Assembly (NCBI RefSeq): GCF_008831285.2
Contig: NC_045138.2
Location: forward strand, 21,886,001-21,950,000
Length of the DNA stretch: 64,000 nucleotides
Reading direction: 5' to 3'
Source of the DNA: Nymphaea colorata
Taxonomy: Eukaryota
This document shows positions 48,649 to 61,958 of this stretch, in pieces; position 1 is the first letter of the stretch, and each line of letters starts with the position of its first letter. The position numbers and the translations under genes are program-made. The notes under the pieces were generated by a model. The model was not told the origin of the DNA and made no database searches. It saw nothing but the letters and a program-made list of their open reading frames with translations.

Positions 48649-49790
48649 GTGCCCATCACTGTCCATAGTACTTTCTTTTCTAAGATTGGACTAATCAGCA
48701 TTCAATTTTCCTCTGAAGATAAACAAAAGCCAGAAGCAATGTCCTCAAGTAACAGACCTAAAGATGAGTATCATTACTTTAATATATCCTAATATTCTTT
48801 TAGGTCTCTCACGTTGGAAACATTTAATTCCTAATTAAGTGCCAAATGAAGGAAAAACTACTGTGGAAGACAGATCACGTGAAGTCCCCTGTCTACATCG
48901 AGGAGAATGGTCTTTGTCTGCTGCTTGGAAAATTGCTCCCCATGAAAACAGGAAAAGTAAATATGATTTTAAAGCTTTTGTCGCTCACGAGATATTAATT
49001 AAATTCAACATTCATTTCATGTTTCCGACGAATTTAGCTGATATGAGTGCATGACTCTAATTCACCACCCAACAAAGTTCTGGTTGGAATGAAATCAGTG
49101 AGCGACTGCTGTTAAGAGTGATCGAATAGACTTGAATCTGCCGATTTCAATCAAATCGAAAACTGATTCAGTAGATTGGCTTTTTTTTTCGGTTTTTTTT
49201 TTTAATTTTTATGTTCTTCTCTTGTTCATCTTAATAAGTTGGTATGATTCAGATTCGATTCGGTCAATTCTCTATTTTTTTTCTGTTGTTTGATTTGATT
49301 TATAAACTGTTTTTAACAGTATTGGATGTAGTTACCTTAATGCCGACTTTGACATGTAGGGAACATTTTTATTTTGCTGTTGGGATTTTTTTTTTTTTGT
49401 TTGAGTGCATTTTTATCACAATGAAATCTATCTACTTGTTTATGATCATGGTTTAAATAGCTCGATTTTTTATGAACTCATGGAAAACTTAGGTTTTTTC
49501 ATTTTCTAATTTTTTATCACTATAATCGTGCATGCTTGTTTCCGACAAGGGCAAGTAAGTAGCCAGTTTCCATTTCAAATATCGGACAAGAGCAGGTAAG
49601 TAGTCAGTTTCCATTTCAAATACCAGGACACCAATATCTTAAATTACTTATTTTTGAACGTAATAAACTAAAAAAAAAATATCAAATGTATATCTTAAGC
49701 CGGACTTAAAGAATTTGAGTTTCACGTGCCATGGACTTTGCTCCAGGCCTTTTGTCACTCAAAAAAGATATGTCACATCTGATGCATAGC

Positions 49791-49969
49791 CAATGAGGAG
49801 CTGGCATGGGCTCTGACCCCACCTTAATTTTTTTTTAAAAAAAATTATATATACATTTTATAAAATTTTACTTGTCATATATAAAAATTTTAAAAAATAA
49901 TATTTCAACTGTGGTAAAATTTAAAAACTTTAACTTAGCTCCTCTTGAAAAATTTCTGAGTCGCCCCTG
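49791..49969. mobile_element. hAT-type MITE (GGCGGAGCC family), decayed
   Basis: Internal sequence matches the 22033-22211 and 2912-3097 copies; ends in GAGTCGCCCCTG; TSD not clear. Confidence 0.65.
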
Positions 49970-50460
49970 TATAATGCTCTTTCACATAACTTCCAGCAAA
50001 GTGTTTAGCACGGCTGGTTAAAATAAAATGACGTGATATCCAAGTAGTTTAAAACGTTATAAGCTGTTGGGAAGAAAACAAGGGGACAGAGGATTTAAAA
50101 CCAAGGGTGCTTGGTATGAGGCTGAAAACGACTACCCAACCGGCTATTGCCTCTACTTTTGATATGAATATATACATCAAATTGGTCACACTCCTCTTAA
50201 AAAATTTAGGAAATTCATAATTCCACAATGATTAAGTTGAAGACCCTTGATCAAGTCTTAGAGATGACATTCTGTCTTCCATCCCCACAATAAAATATTT
50301 TTGTTGTTTTTTGTTTGTTATTCAATGCGCTTCTATGTCTAGATCCGTCCATTCCGGTCAAATAAAAAACAAGCATCATCTCCAGGAAAGTGCCTACACC
50401 TCATGGCTTAAGCCGTTGTTTTCATTTCCACTCTCACCAATCACAATAAGGGATAGTTTA

Positions 50461-50723
50461 GGGGTAGTTTGATTCATTGGAAATATGAAATTGAAAAGAA
50501 GTTTCCATATACTTATTTCAGTAATTGAAGAAATGAAAACACAATCCAGATTTTAAAACCTCTTTGTGTTTCCTGGAAATAACAATCGTTTTCAAAGCAG
50601 CGCTTAATCTAAAAACCAACCCAACAATAAATTTTTTTATCTCAAGTTTGATGAGCAGAAAAAAATTTAAATTGAATTTTATTTCCTGTGTTACCGGATA
50701 TTTTCTGTCCATCAAACAAGCCC
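50461..50723. mobile_element. Tourist-type (PIF/Harbinger) MITE
   Basis: TIR GGGGTAGTTTGAT / ATCAAACAAGCCC; TSD TTA (50458-50460, 50724-50726). Confidence 0.8.
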
Positions 50724-51393
50724 TTAGAGTATGGATATTTTGTAAGTGTCTCGTATATATGTGTGTGTGTATGTGTTTGGGAGGAGGTAACTGGTAGATG
50801 TTGGGCAAGGGACAAAGCCAGACCACTTAAATTTTTGCTAAAATGTTTTTTAAACAAAATAAACCTCTTAATTTATCTACAAACACTAATTTGATTTCAA
50901 TCATGTTTTAGTTCAAGTATTTTTTGCAAAAAACTTGATCTTTCTACCCCAAAAAATTGATGTTACAAGAGCCATTTCCTTTTTTGTTATTAAAAAAATA
51001 CTATTAAAGTCAAACAATGACTAACTTGATATGTGTTTCTCACCAAAACATTCTAGATTGAAAAAAGAAAATATTTTAATGATTAATTTTAATTTGACCT
51101 AATTTTTTATCTTTTACCTAATTCTGCGTATTCACCAACTTCACAGCAACAATGGCGTCAGCAACGGAACTAGAATATACATGCTTATCCCCTGGCTTAT
51201 ATGTGGCTCTGTTTTTTTGCGAGAACAACCAAACGATGCATACAAAGGAAGAAACAAAAATGTAAGGATCGTGATAATTCAATATCATACATGATAACGT
51301 GGATATCTGTGGTCTTATCTGTCACTCATGCAAAGTAGATGAAATTAGATGGTTCTTTTTAATGTTATCGGTATCGGACCACAGTTCACCGGC

Positions 51394-51587
51394 CAAGGGC
51401 GGAGCCAGGATTTTTTTTAGAAGCGGGTCAAACAGTTCATCGAACTTATTCAGGTATGGACAAATTAAATCTGAATATAAAAAATATATTACCCAACCAA
51501 AAATTTTCAATTTTTGTAATGTAATTTTTTTTCAATGATTTAGGGTGGCGCCACGGCCTAGGCCCCCCCCCCCCCCCCTCTGCCCTG
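51394..51587. mobile_element. hAT-type MITE (GGCGGAGCC family)
   Basis: CAAGGGCGGAGCCAGGATTTTTTT...CTCTGCCCTG; TSD not resolved. Confidence 0.65.
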
Positions 51588-51699
51588 CCACCACAGTGGC
51601 TGAGCCAAAAAAAAAATCCACATAGAACACTATTCACATATTTTCATGTTTAAAGGGGTACTTATATGCACAACGTAGCAAATATTTAAAGATATTCAT

Positions 51700-51890
51700 T
51701 ATAACAACCCGACTCACTCATGAGCTTAGCCCCCTGATTCGATGGATCTCAACCCGTCCCCTAGTAATTTCGGCTTCAATCTTAAAAAAACTAGGAATCA
51801 AGACAATCATCTCATTAATGACCCTCATTTATAAGTCCATGAAGATCACTCACAGTCTTTAATACGGAACTAACTTTTCGGGATGTTACA
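51700..51890. mobile_element. Short solo LTR (191 bp, TRIM-sized)
   Basis: Terminal inverted repeat TATAACAACCCGA / TCGGGATGTTACA; perfect 5-bp TSD TTCAT (51695-51699, 51891-51895). Confidence 0.75.
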
Positions 51891-53107
51891 TTCATGCCCA
51901 CATCAGTCCATATATGGCTCCGCCTCTCACCACTGACTGCATCATACCGAACTAACTTTCTGGGATATTACATTCATGCTCACACCAGTCCATATATGGC
52001 TCCGCCTCTGACCACCGACTGCACATGCCCTCATTTTCCATCGGATATTGTAAACTGGGTTATGTCAAACCCATACATGTTGTGCCACTGACATTTTTTC
52101 TATTTTTTAAAAAAATATGTGCTAATTTAAATTAATTAAAGGTAAACAGTTCAAACAGAAAAATTACTTAGGCTTTATATTGACCATTGTATTTTCATTG
52201 ATCGGCTGATAAATGGTCGAATTGATTGAATTGGTTTTTGTTCATTGGTTGCCATTTGACAGCAACAATGGTCAATTGCTGTTGTATGAATAGGGCAGAT
52301 CCATGAAAACTAAGTCACACCAATACTGATACGAGCATGAAAGATATTAGTACCAATATGGCAATTTAAAAAATCATGAACACGGTATATATATATATAT
52401 ATAGTTCCACAAAGAAATATAAAAACAATATAAAAAATATGCAAAATTCCACAAAAATATAAAATTTCATAAAAATACGAGAAAAAAAATCGTTGTGTGC
52501 AAGTATGTCACTCGTGTCGCTGTGTCGGCACCATGTCTATTACTTAATAGAACACTATGACAAAGTGTAACTTGAACCTTTGGAGTGGATTCATGAACCA
52601 GTAACAAACGGTCACCTTTGCCACTGCAAGAACGCCGCTTAAAACGCCGCAGAATACCACAAGACTGATTGCATTCAACGACAAATTTGCTAAGTGCCAT
52701 TAATGGGGACTTTCTGTGACATTGAATACATGTCACTAATAGCATTCTAGTGACACACAAACATTGCCATTGTAGACGCTTTAATGGTTCTTTTAAGATG
52801 CCATTAGAAACACTTTTGAGGCATTGAATAGGTGCCACTAAAAACTTTTCAGTGACACGCAAAGACTATCAAAAACAAGATTTTCAATGGCATGCCAAAC
52901 GATCAGAACAAGGATTTGCAGAAACTACAATTTGCAATGGACATGAATTCCATTTAACAATTTGCTGCAATTGTACAGTACTAATAAACTGGTGAACTTT
53001 TTTTTAGGTCAATTTAGCTCAGGGAATAATACTTGGTCCAAAAATATATTGCCATGGGTATTAGAGCCATATCGGTTTGCTCACAAATAGGCATATCAGT
53101 TCATGGC

Positions 53108-53282
53108 TAGTGGCCGAGCTAGAAATTTTTTATTGAGGAGCACCAGCTCATGGGACATTTCCCTGTCTTAGTTCATTGACTGCATGTGAAAAATCAAGGC
53201 ATTGACCCATATCCAGCATGGGCATTGCATGTGGCTGGGCTTGGGTCCAGCCATTGTGGCCCAACACACAGCTCCGCTACTC
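53108..53282. mobile_element. hAT-type MITE (TAGTGGCCGAGCT family)
   Basis: TIR TAGTGGCCGAGCT / AGCTCCGCTACTC; TSD TTCATGGC/TTCATGGT. A shorter relative lies at about 12529-12614. Confidence 0.78.
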
Positions 53283-56280
53283 TTCATGGTGCCTTTTTTT
53301 TTTCATCTTTTAATTTAAAAATAATATAAATTAATTAAAAAAACTAAATTCATATATGTATATGGCCCTTTAGTCTCCGATAAAAAGCAATATTAGCAAC
53401 AGCCATCCACAGTCTCTCCCTTCCAATGGACTTAATTGGCTCCAACGATATACACCTTGCCTCGGTTGGTGACTTCGGGTTGAAAGTAGCGCTGCGCAAT
53501 GAGTCAAGTCAACTCAATCACCTATCAAAGCTCGATTCAAACTTGACTCATTTATAAACGAGTCGACCTCAAGTTTAAACGTATGCTCAAAATGTTAAAC
53601 GAGTCAAGTTCGAGTTGTAAGAGCTCGATTTGTTTAAACTCGATTCGGCTTGACTACGTAATGAATGCTAAAATAGAATGAAAGAATAGTTAAAAGAGTA
53701 ACAATTAAATGAGTTAAACAAGTTAACAAGTTAAAGGAAACAAGATAAGTTTAATCGAAACGAATTAAATGAGTCGAGCTCGAGCTGAAGCTTGATGCTG
53801 CATTGTCAAGTCGAGCTCTAACCTATTGTATGGAGCTTGACCCTAGTTCAAGACGATCTCGAACTAGAGTTTTCTAAGTCGAGTCGAGCTCGAACTGGCC
53901 CAGTTTGAGCTCGACTTGTTGGTTTTAAACTCTTCGATGCCGCACCTCCATTTGGTATCATGTTTTAGAACAAGGTGCCTTGCCCGTGGACCAAGCGATT
54001 CTTCTTGAATTACTTGTTACTCTTCATCGTATCTCATTTATAAATCAATTAGGAGCCGAAATGGCGGACGTAAATTTCATATTTATTGCGCTTAAACATC
54101 ACTAGTTGCCGTGATGATGTTCATTTCGGGCCTGCCATTTTTTAAAGAAATATTTCAAAGTTAACGGGACATTGATTAAAAAGGCACCTAATTTTATATC
54201 GTTAAAAGTGCATGACTTGCGTTTTTCATGGTTAAATATTAAAAACGTTCATAATTTAATTGCTGTCAAGTCAACTACTAAGGTAGTTAAAAAATTGTTA
54301 GTTTACCTCTTGTTGTAGAATTAGAACTATAGTTTTAAAATTTTAATAGGAATCAAAATAAAAAGTTTTAAAATTTGTACATGCGTTAAACTAAAATGTT
54401 TGAAATTTACATATATTTTTTTTGTTTTTTATTTAAATCTGAGGGGCCAACAAGGTCTCTGCCAGACCCATGCCTCCGCCCTTGAGTAAAATCGAGGTCC
54501 ATCAATTGTTGGTTGGAAATTGTTCTTAAGTCAAATGTAGAAAGTCTGAGACATGATGTTTCTCTCGTTGCAAGGGCTGCAAAGATGCTATGGTATTTGT
54601 AGTTCATCCAATTTCAAAATTTGCTTCAAAAGAGTATAGCATAGTTGGTCGAACCGGTAGACTTGAAGATGTTGTATAGTCGAGTCGAGCTCGAGTCTAA
54701 ACTATCGAGCTTGATTTGAGTTTGAGCCAAGGTCGAGCTCGAGTTTTCTGAATCAAGTCACACTCAAGCTCGGCTTGGCTCTTATACTAACCTAGTTGAA
54801 AGTTGGTTTGAGCCTATTTCATGTCGCACCTCTTTTTACCTTGCCCGTGGACCAAGCGATTCTTCTTTAAATGCTGATTACATTTATCACATTTATAAAT
54901 TAATTGGGAGCCCAAAAGAACCGACTTAAATTTGATATTTATTGCGCTTAAGTATCTCTAGTTGACCTGAGGATGTCCAAATTCCGGTTACCAGCACCAC
55001 AGTTCCCTTTCTGCAAAAGGCATGCCATTTTTAAAGAATTTTTTCAAAGTAACGGTTATTAAAAAAGCATCTAATTTTTATATCGTTAAAAATACATTAC
55101 TTACGTTTTTTATGCTTAAATATAAAAACATTCATAAGATCATTGCTGTCAAGGCAACTACTAAGGTTAGTAGTAAAAAAAGTGTTAGTTTATCTTGTGA
55201 AAGAAGAATGAGAAATTTATTACTTGCCGTTTTATGGCTAAATATTAGAAACATTCTTAAGTGAACAGGATTTTCCACCGCCAAAAAAAAAAAAAGAGGC
55301 CGAAACCACCACCCAACCGCTTGTCCCTCTAAGGTACAAACTTGCTTGTGATGTTTCAAGTGTCGCTCTCGCTGTGCTTTAGCTTGCATGTCGGTGGACC
55401 CCTCTTGGAGCATAGAGGGTTGGTGCTACTGGATTCGACAAAGAAACTAGTCGCCTACCCGCCCTGCCTCAACCGTTGCGCCAACTCCCTTGAGATAACA
55501 TTTTTAAGTTAATTGCTATCAAGTCAACTCCTAAGGTAGCAAAAAGAGGTGTTACGTTAGCTTATGACTTGAGCAGGAGAAGTTTATCTAATTTTGCAGA
55601 GGTATCTAATTAAGAAGCTGATACAAATTTGTGAACACATTGGCCTGTTTAAGGAAATTTTAAAATTATATAAAAACAAATAAATGTTGACGATCATTTG
55701 TAATAGTTTGCAGCCATAGAAGCCTTGTAACAACTTTTATTATTTTCGAGAAGGTCAGGACAGTGGAGGGGGAAAGAGTTGGTAGGTGGTCATTATTTGT
55801 TTCAAATCAACTTTCTTTGTTGCAAAAAGCCCAACTAACGTAAGTTGAAGCACTTGGGTCTGGCATCAGGTCTTTATTTTGAAGAGTTATTTTGAAGAGA
55901 TGATGAGTTGGGTGAGGACTTCGGCCTTCAAGCATGCAGATCACCCCTCTCACGCAAAACTGATTGTACTCTTGGGGACTCAATTTTACGCTTAGAAAAT
56001 GTGACAATTTTTTACCTTTATTCCCTTTGGCCATACCTATTCATAACACAAATGTAGAAAGTCGGAGACGTATTTCTCTTCTTGCGAGGGCAGAGATGTT
56101 ACTACATTTGTTGTTCGCACAATAACAAATTTTGCGTATAGATTAGCTGGTTAAGCTGATCAGCCAATAAAAGTTTGATTGTCAGTTTGATTCCTATGAA
56201 TGATAATAAGATGTTGTACTTGAGTCAAGTTGAAGGTGCACCCTCTCCACATTCTGACCCAAGAAGACCTTGAACCATAA

Positions 56281-56862
56281 GAGGTCGTTTGATGGCCACA
56301 GGACACACAGAACAGGACATGCGTGTTCTGTTTTGTTGATTTTTTCATCAAACGTTGGACACAGGACAGGCTGGACAGGACGGACGACTGAACAAGGGTA
56401 TAAATAATTTTTTGGTTTCATCATGTTCCGAGCTAACCCTCGGAACAGACAGGACAGGACAGAAACTTCTCCCACCATCGACGACCACGACCCCAACCCG
56501 AGCCCTCGACGCCATCTCTTCTCCCCCACGTCTGCCCCCATCTCCCCTGCGTTTCTCCTCTTCTCCGCCCCCAAGCTGCCTTTCTCCTCCATCTCCGCCC
56601 TCGTCTCCGCCCTCGAGCTTCCTCTAACCCTTCCTATTTCTCTCCTTCTCCTCGGTCGTCCGAGCTGCCCCTAGCCCTTCTTGTTTCTCTCCTTCTCCTC
56701 TATCTTTGTAGGAGGGTGACCACCGCAGCATCGCTTGCAGCTTCTCAGCGGGCGTCCTCGAGCAAATCGACAGCAGGGCGTCTTCCAGCGGGTCCTAGGC
56801 AGCGGCGTTCACAAGGCAGGGTGACCATTGCATTCCAGGTACGGGTCTATTCCCATCTCTCA

Positions 56863-56921
<59 letters not shown>

Positions 56922-59900
56922 TATCTCTCTTTCCTCTCTCTATTGTTCGATCCTATTGCTAAAGCCCCTTTTGCATTTGTTGCAAATGGCAACGATTACT
57001 GGATTTGGGCTTTTTACTACCGAATGAAAGATGCTCCCAAAATGTTTGTGGAAAAGCCTGACCGACATTTGTATCATGATAAGCACCGTGTACACAGTGA
57101 AATGTCTGTGCACATGTATGTTGTCTCCTTGACATGGGAAACCCTTGTCATGAAATGCTTGATCCCATTACGGTGCAGGACCAAGCAAGGGAGAAAATTG
57201 GCATCATGACAGAACCCAGCCACATCCACAATGACATGCACGAAGGTGGATTCAGATTCAATCACATACAGCTCATGTTTTCATGGTTTTCGTAACTTCT
57301 AAAGGAAAATGTTTTACCCTGCTTTCTAAAACACGCTGTAGTTGAGAAGCCAAAGCCATGTCAGTCAGTTAACATATCATGTGACATGGATGTGGATATA
57401 TAATCATGATATAAGCACACAGTATACATGGATCAAAGCTCACCTGATCTACCACTTAAAATTAAATTTCCAGCACACCATAGTCTTTTTAGTTCACGGG
57501 TAACTAGGTAACTAGAGATTTTAATTTTGTGGAGCCAGTGTTTTGAATTATGAACCACTATAGAGAACTTGATGACCATTCTGCAATAAGATGGACAGTT
57601 GCAGAAAACTGCAGTAACATCTAAAGAGAAAGACAATGCGCTGTCAAAACAATGAACAAAAGGTATGAGAATGAGGAACTTAAAAAACATAGCAAGTTAA
57701 TGCACATATCTACACAACTCAATCCACACAAATATAAACAACAAATATTTTCATAAGAAACTCACTGCTCTTTGGCCCCAAATCTCCCTAGCATGTAGAT
57801 GAGGATACTCAAATTGGTTATCAGCACAAGAATAAATATACGATATCGTCATGGTGCCTTCAGATTGCTGCCTGTAACATGGCATATAATACTATGGGTA
57901 GTCATCCAAATAATCATTCTTTTTTGTGTGGAAGGGAGGAAGAGAGCTGTTATTCTATCGCAAAGTTGCCAAGGTCACATGGAGACAAGTGTGCAAAGTT
58001 TGACAGGAAGGGAATTCCCTGTATGGAAATTCAACAGGGAATTAGATTTTGGTTTGGTTAAGTTTGAAAGGGTGTTGTTGTAATTTTCTGTTACTACAGC
58101 ATTGCCCTAAACTCCATGTTAAAAAGAGTCAGCATTTTTTGCATTTTTGTTTTGTTCAAATAGTAGAGGTCCAGTGCTTGAATGTAGGAAGGCCCTTAGT
58201 CTCTCTTGACCGTATAAATCCTTATGTTTTGTATGTTTTCTTCTTTTCTTGAGAGGGCATGGCTCTTAGCACACAAGGATACCATCCAAGTTCCCTTGGG
58301 TGATCAATTGGCAAGGCCGTTGGTCCTTAATTTTGAAATTGTTACGTGTACTAGTAGAGTAACCATGGGAATTGAATGAGTTGCAAATCGATTTGATTCA
58401 TTGCCCAATACAAGGTACTATGTGTCATAAACTACATATTTACTTTTTATTATTTTATGATGGTTTTAAAATTTTCCTTGTTTGTTTTTTATACTTTTAA
58501 TTTTGAAAAATGTATACAATAATATAGTTTACTGATTCATAACCTGGTCAATGATTTGAATTGGTGAATTCACTGACAGGCTAGCTTTGTAGTTTGGTAG
58601 ATACAGTTCAATTCTTGATTTTATTTTACAACATTGAATCAAATATCTGGTTCACACTCCTTAAATATTCGTGATATTGAAATGAACTTTTTTCCTTTTC
58701 ACTATTATTATATTTTTCAACGAGGCATATGGAGAGTACTTCAACAACAGGTTGCATATTAGCTAGCTGGAGGCTTCCCGTTGTTAAAGCTCTTAAGATT
58801 CCACCAGAAGTATTCTCAGTTTTAGCCTTCACCGCAAAAGACAAAGAATGCCTTCAATTAGTTCAATTAGACTTTTGTTTTCTTCCTCTTATTGTATACA
58901 AAATTGGTTTCTTTGTTGCCTTCCTAGGCCATGACAGGCTTTAATGGCCACTAGCATGGATCAAGAATTTGAATTTCAAGCAAAATGCAACAACATTTGA
59001 AACAGATCTAGTTGGTGGTGCATTGAATGGTAAACTGAATCCACCAAAAGCTCGGCTCCTACAATGAGTTAACATTGCCATTGTGTGGGAGGGAATAAAC
59101 TTTGTTGTTCCATATTGCTGCAACATTCTCCTCAACATTCTGCCAATAGGTGACTTGGGTTTATCATCTGGCAGCATATTCTTGATGGCTGAAGGCTCAA
59201 GTGGCTTAATCGCATCTAGCACAAGTGATTTCTCGCCAACTTTCATCTCTAGATCTATAAATTTGAGATTTTGTTCTAATTGGTCTAGAATCAAGTCACC
59301 ATATGTAAATCTGAGTTTGTTTCTTTTGCCTAGAATTGCATTATGTAAGTTTGAATTTACCTGTTTTTTGCTTAATTTTCATGTATATGCTTGCATTTTT
59401 GTGGTTTATTTATGTTTGGCTAGAATTGTCATATGCCAACTTGAATTTTTTGAATTTATATGCTTTTTTGCTGGAATTTCACATATGTGAGGTTGAGTTT
59501 TTCTCTATGCACATGAAGTGAAGCATGTTTCTTTAGAACTGATATGACATGTCACAAGGCATATATTTTTGCTTTACAAATTTTTATTTATGGTGATCAG
59601 ACGTGCAATTGATGCGTCCTCTGTCAGGCCTTTGATGAGATTAGTAGCTTCATGTTTTAACACTGAATGAATGTCGTCGGTGTCCTTTCCCCCCAAAATT
59701 TGGCGTCAAGGAATCATGCGTTCCTGTTGATTTTGAAGGGTACATCAACAACAGCTCTTGGCCACACAGTTCATCTGAGTTTGATGAATCTCTACATTTC
59801 AAGTACTACATGAGTATGTGATCGTAGCTGCTACAGAAGAATGCGTAACCTATGGCCTATACGCAATGCCCAAGAACAAGATAAAGAGCGAGGGAGGAAA

Positions 59901-60443
59901 CAGACAACCTTGGTTGCTTACCATTTGTCGTCATGAAGGTGGAGTCTTTTCTTCGGCGTTTTATTGAAGAACAAAAGAGCAAGAAGAAAAAAAAAAAGAG
60001 AAGGAAATTGTAATGTTGCCTACTCTTGTCTCTATGTGTCCAAATCACATATCATAGACGAAATTTTGTTTTTTATAATGATTATAAAATTTTTGAAGTG
60101 AATATAGTGATTATTTGGTCGTTTGATATATATTATCAAGTTTGTTTACTTGAATTTATGTTTGAATATAATGTCATATTGCATCGGAACCATTGACATC
60201 CCTCTTAAAACACAAAGAGGTTCACGAGAAAATCTCTCTTAAAACAAACGTTAGACAGGACGGACAGAACAGACAGAACAGACATATGTGAAACAAACGC
60301 TGGACAGGATGAACGTGGTGTTCTGTTCTTAAAATCATCAAACGGTGGACAAAAAACACCATTGTCCATGAAGACAGGACAGTAGTGTAATGGACAGGAC
60401 GTCCTGTCTGTCCTGTCCTAATGGACAGCAATCAAATGACCTC
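56281..60443. mobile_element. Non-autonomous PIF/Harbinger-type DNA transposon, 4163 bp (possible Pack element)
   Basis: TIR GAGGTCGTTTGAT / ATCAAATGACCTC (12 of 13 match); TSD TAA (56278-56280, 60444-60446); GGACAG-rich subterminal repeats at both ends (56297-56462, 60253-60428); no long transposase ORF inside. Confidence 0.85.
56865..56915. repeat. (CT)n microsatellite inside the PIF-type element
   Basis: Pure dinucleotide run. Confidence 0.9.
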
Positions 60444-60798
60444 TAAAAGCTGGACAAGGGAACGTGGACAGAAATGTCTGCACATTGCCGAGACCGTGTT
60501 TTTTCAAGCTGTATAGCAAGGCGGAGCCAGATGTGGACAAGTGTGGGCAGTTCCAATGATGACGGGTATCCATGGAATTTTGAGTGAGCGAGAGGATTAC
60601 ACGCATTGCCCAAAAGGACTTCAAAACCCAAAGTTTGTAGGAAAGAATAAAACCGATGGTAGCGCCACAAAAATCCCGGCGCAAATAGAGGCAGTCATTA
60701 GTAGCTCCTACCACTATTTGTAATATAGATGTACAACATTTATGAAAATCATATGAAAATCAAACTGATGACCATGCTTTCATTTGCTTGCCGGTGAC

Positions 60799-60948
60799 CA
60801 GGGGCGGAGGGAGGGAGGGCCGCCTAGGCCATGGCTCGGGTGAGCGTAGGAAATTTTTTTTTATATTGAAAAAATCAAATTTTTTTAATTTGGTCCGACC
60901 CACGAACCATTTGATCTGCTCTTAAAAAAAATTCTGGTTCCACCCTTG
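60799..60948. mobile_element. hAT-type MITE (CAGGGGCGGA family)
   Basis: CAGGGGCGGAGG...GGTTCCACCCTTG; flanks CCGGTGAC/CCGCGAC (degenerate TSD). Confidence 0.7.
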
Positions 60949-61958
60949 CCGCGACCAATGGGGCCCACTATGATGTACCCTGATCAAAAAAATGTGTTAA
61001 TTTGAGGCGTGAGTGTGGGTGTCATATTTACTAATTTACTGCCATCATTTTATTAGTAAACTATATAAAAGTTTTGTTTTTGTTTTTGTTTATGTCATTT
61101 GAGTTTAGGGAAGAAGAATTCTGACGTGTTTGGATGACATCTGTACAGATTTAAAAAAAAAAAAAAAAAAACTGGCTTTGACAAAACAGCGTCATTACGT
61201 TGATTTTATCTTCTTGCCCAAGCACATAATCCAGGTTCTCAGAAATAATTAAGAAAGCAGCGACAATTTCCACAAAAAAACTTTACTTTTTGAGCGTGTT
61301 ATTCAAACACAACCTTAGCGAGAAGAATATTATAGGCATCGGCATTCGTCACCACACCCATCTGCTCACATATACCGCAGATCATCTTGTAAAGCTTTTT
61401 AATTTGTTTTAAATTAAAAAATAATTTAAAAATTAAAATATTAATTTTTACACGTATATGGGCCTTTATGCTCCCAAACAGAACGGATTCAAGAATCGCT
61501 CTCCTGATTCAATGAACTTCCTTTGATTTTAAAATATAAAACTTTGGTGTGCGACCTGTGGTGTGAAGTTGATTTTGACCTCACTGATATCCCTGACCAG
61601 TTTCAGGATCGGGTTTTAGAACGGGTCAAATTTTAGTAGTGGCACCTATAAAAAATTGAAATTATATGGCGGCCCCTTCAAAACCAAAAAAATAAATAAA
61701 ATAAAATAAAGTCCTAGCTCTACCCACTGTATTAGACAGAACAATCGACGACCACTTTTAGTATCAGGTTTTTGAACGGATCGTAAAATGATATCATGGC
61801 CCCTTTAAAAAAAAATTATAAGTGCACCCACCTTTTAGAGAGAATAGATTGTTTTATTATGATATTTCACTTGTGATGTGAAATATTATAATCAGCTGAT
61901 GGCAGATTGCAATGAATGTATAACATTTCATATGATTATAGGCGGAATGTCATAATAC

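Larger units (their letters stand above)
41000..48790 (-). mobile_element. Decayed LINE (L1-type) ORF2 remnant, interrupted by copia element 3 and a MITE
   Basis: RT motifs LIPK...FKPIALEN...ISNEQGAF (47967-48176) and VKVDLSKAYDR (rc 47918-47950); C-terminal zinc-binding motif CKLCGKAIEDQSHLLF (rc about 41455-41505); the reading CQHLPTEARL is restored across the copia TSD. Outer ends approximate. Confidence 0.8.

Noticed and set aside
52622..52860. CACTA/CACTG element end (CACTGCAAGAA plus GTG(C/T)CA(C/T)TAA repeats); similar starts near 34246 and 63268
   Set aside because: Only one terminus each, with no matching opposite TIR or 3-bp TSD found; at most fragments.
58941..59490. Stand-alone protein genes (117-aa minus and 135-aa plus ORFs)
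   Set aside because: Neither starts with a real ATG (both use alternative start codons in the ORF track), no family is recognised, and both lie inside the PIF-type element; treated as unidentified cargo.
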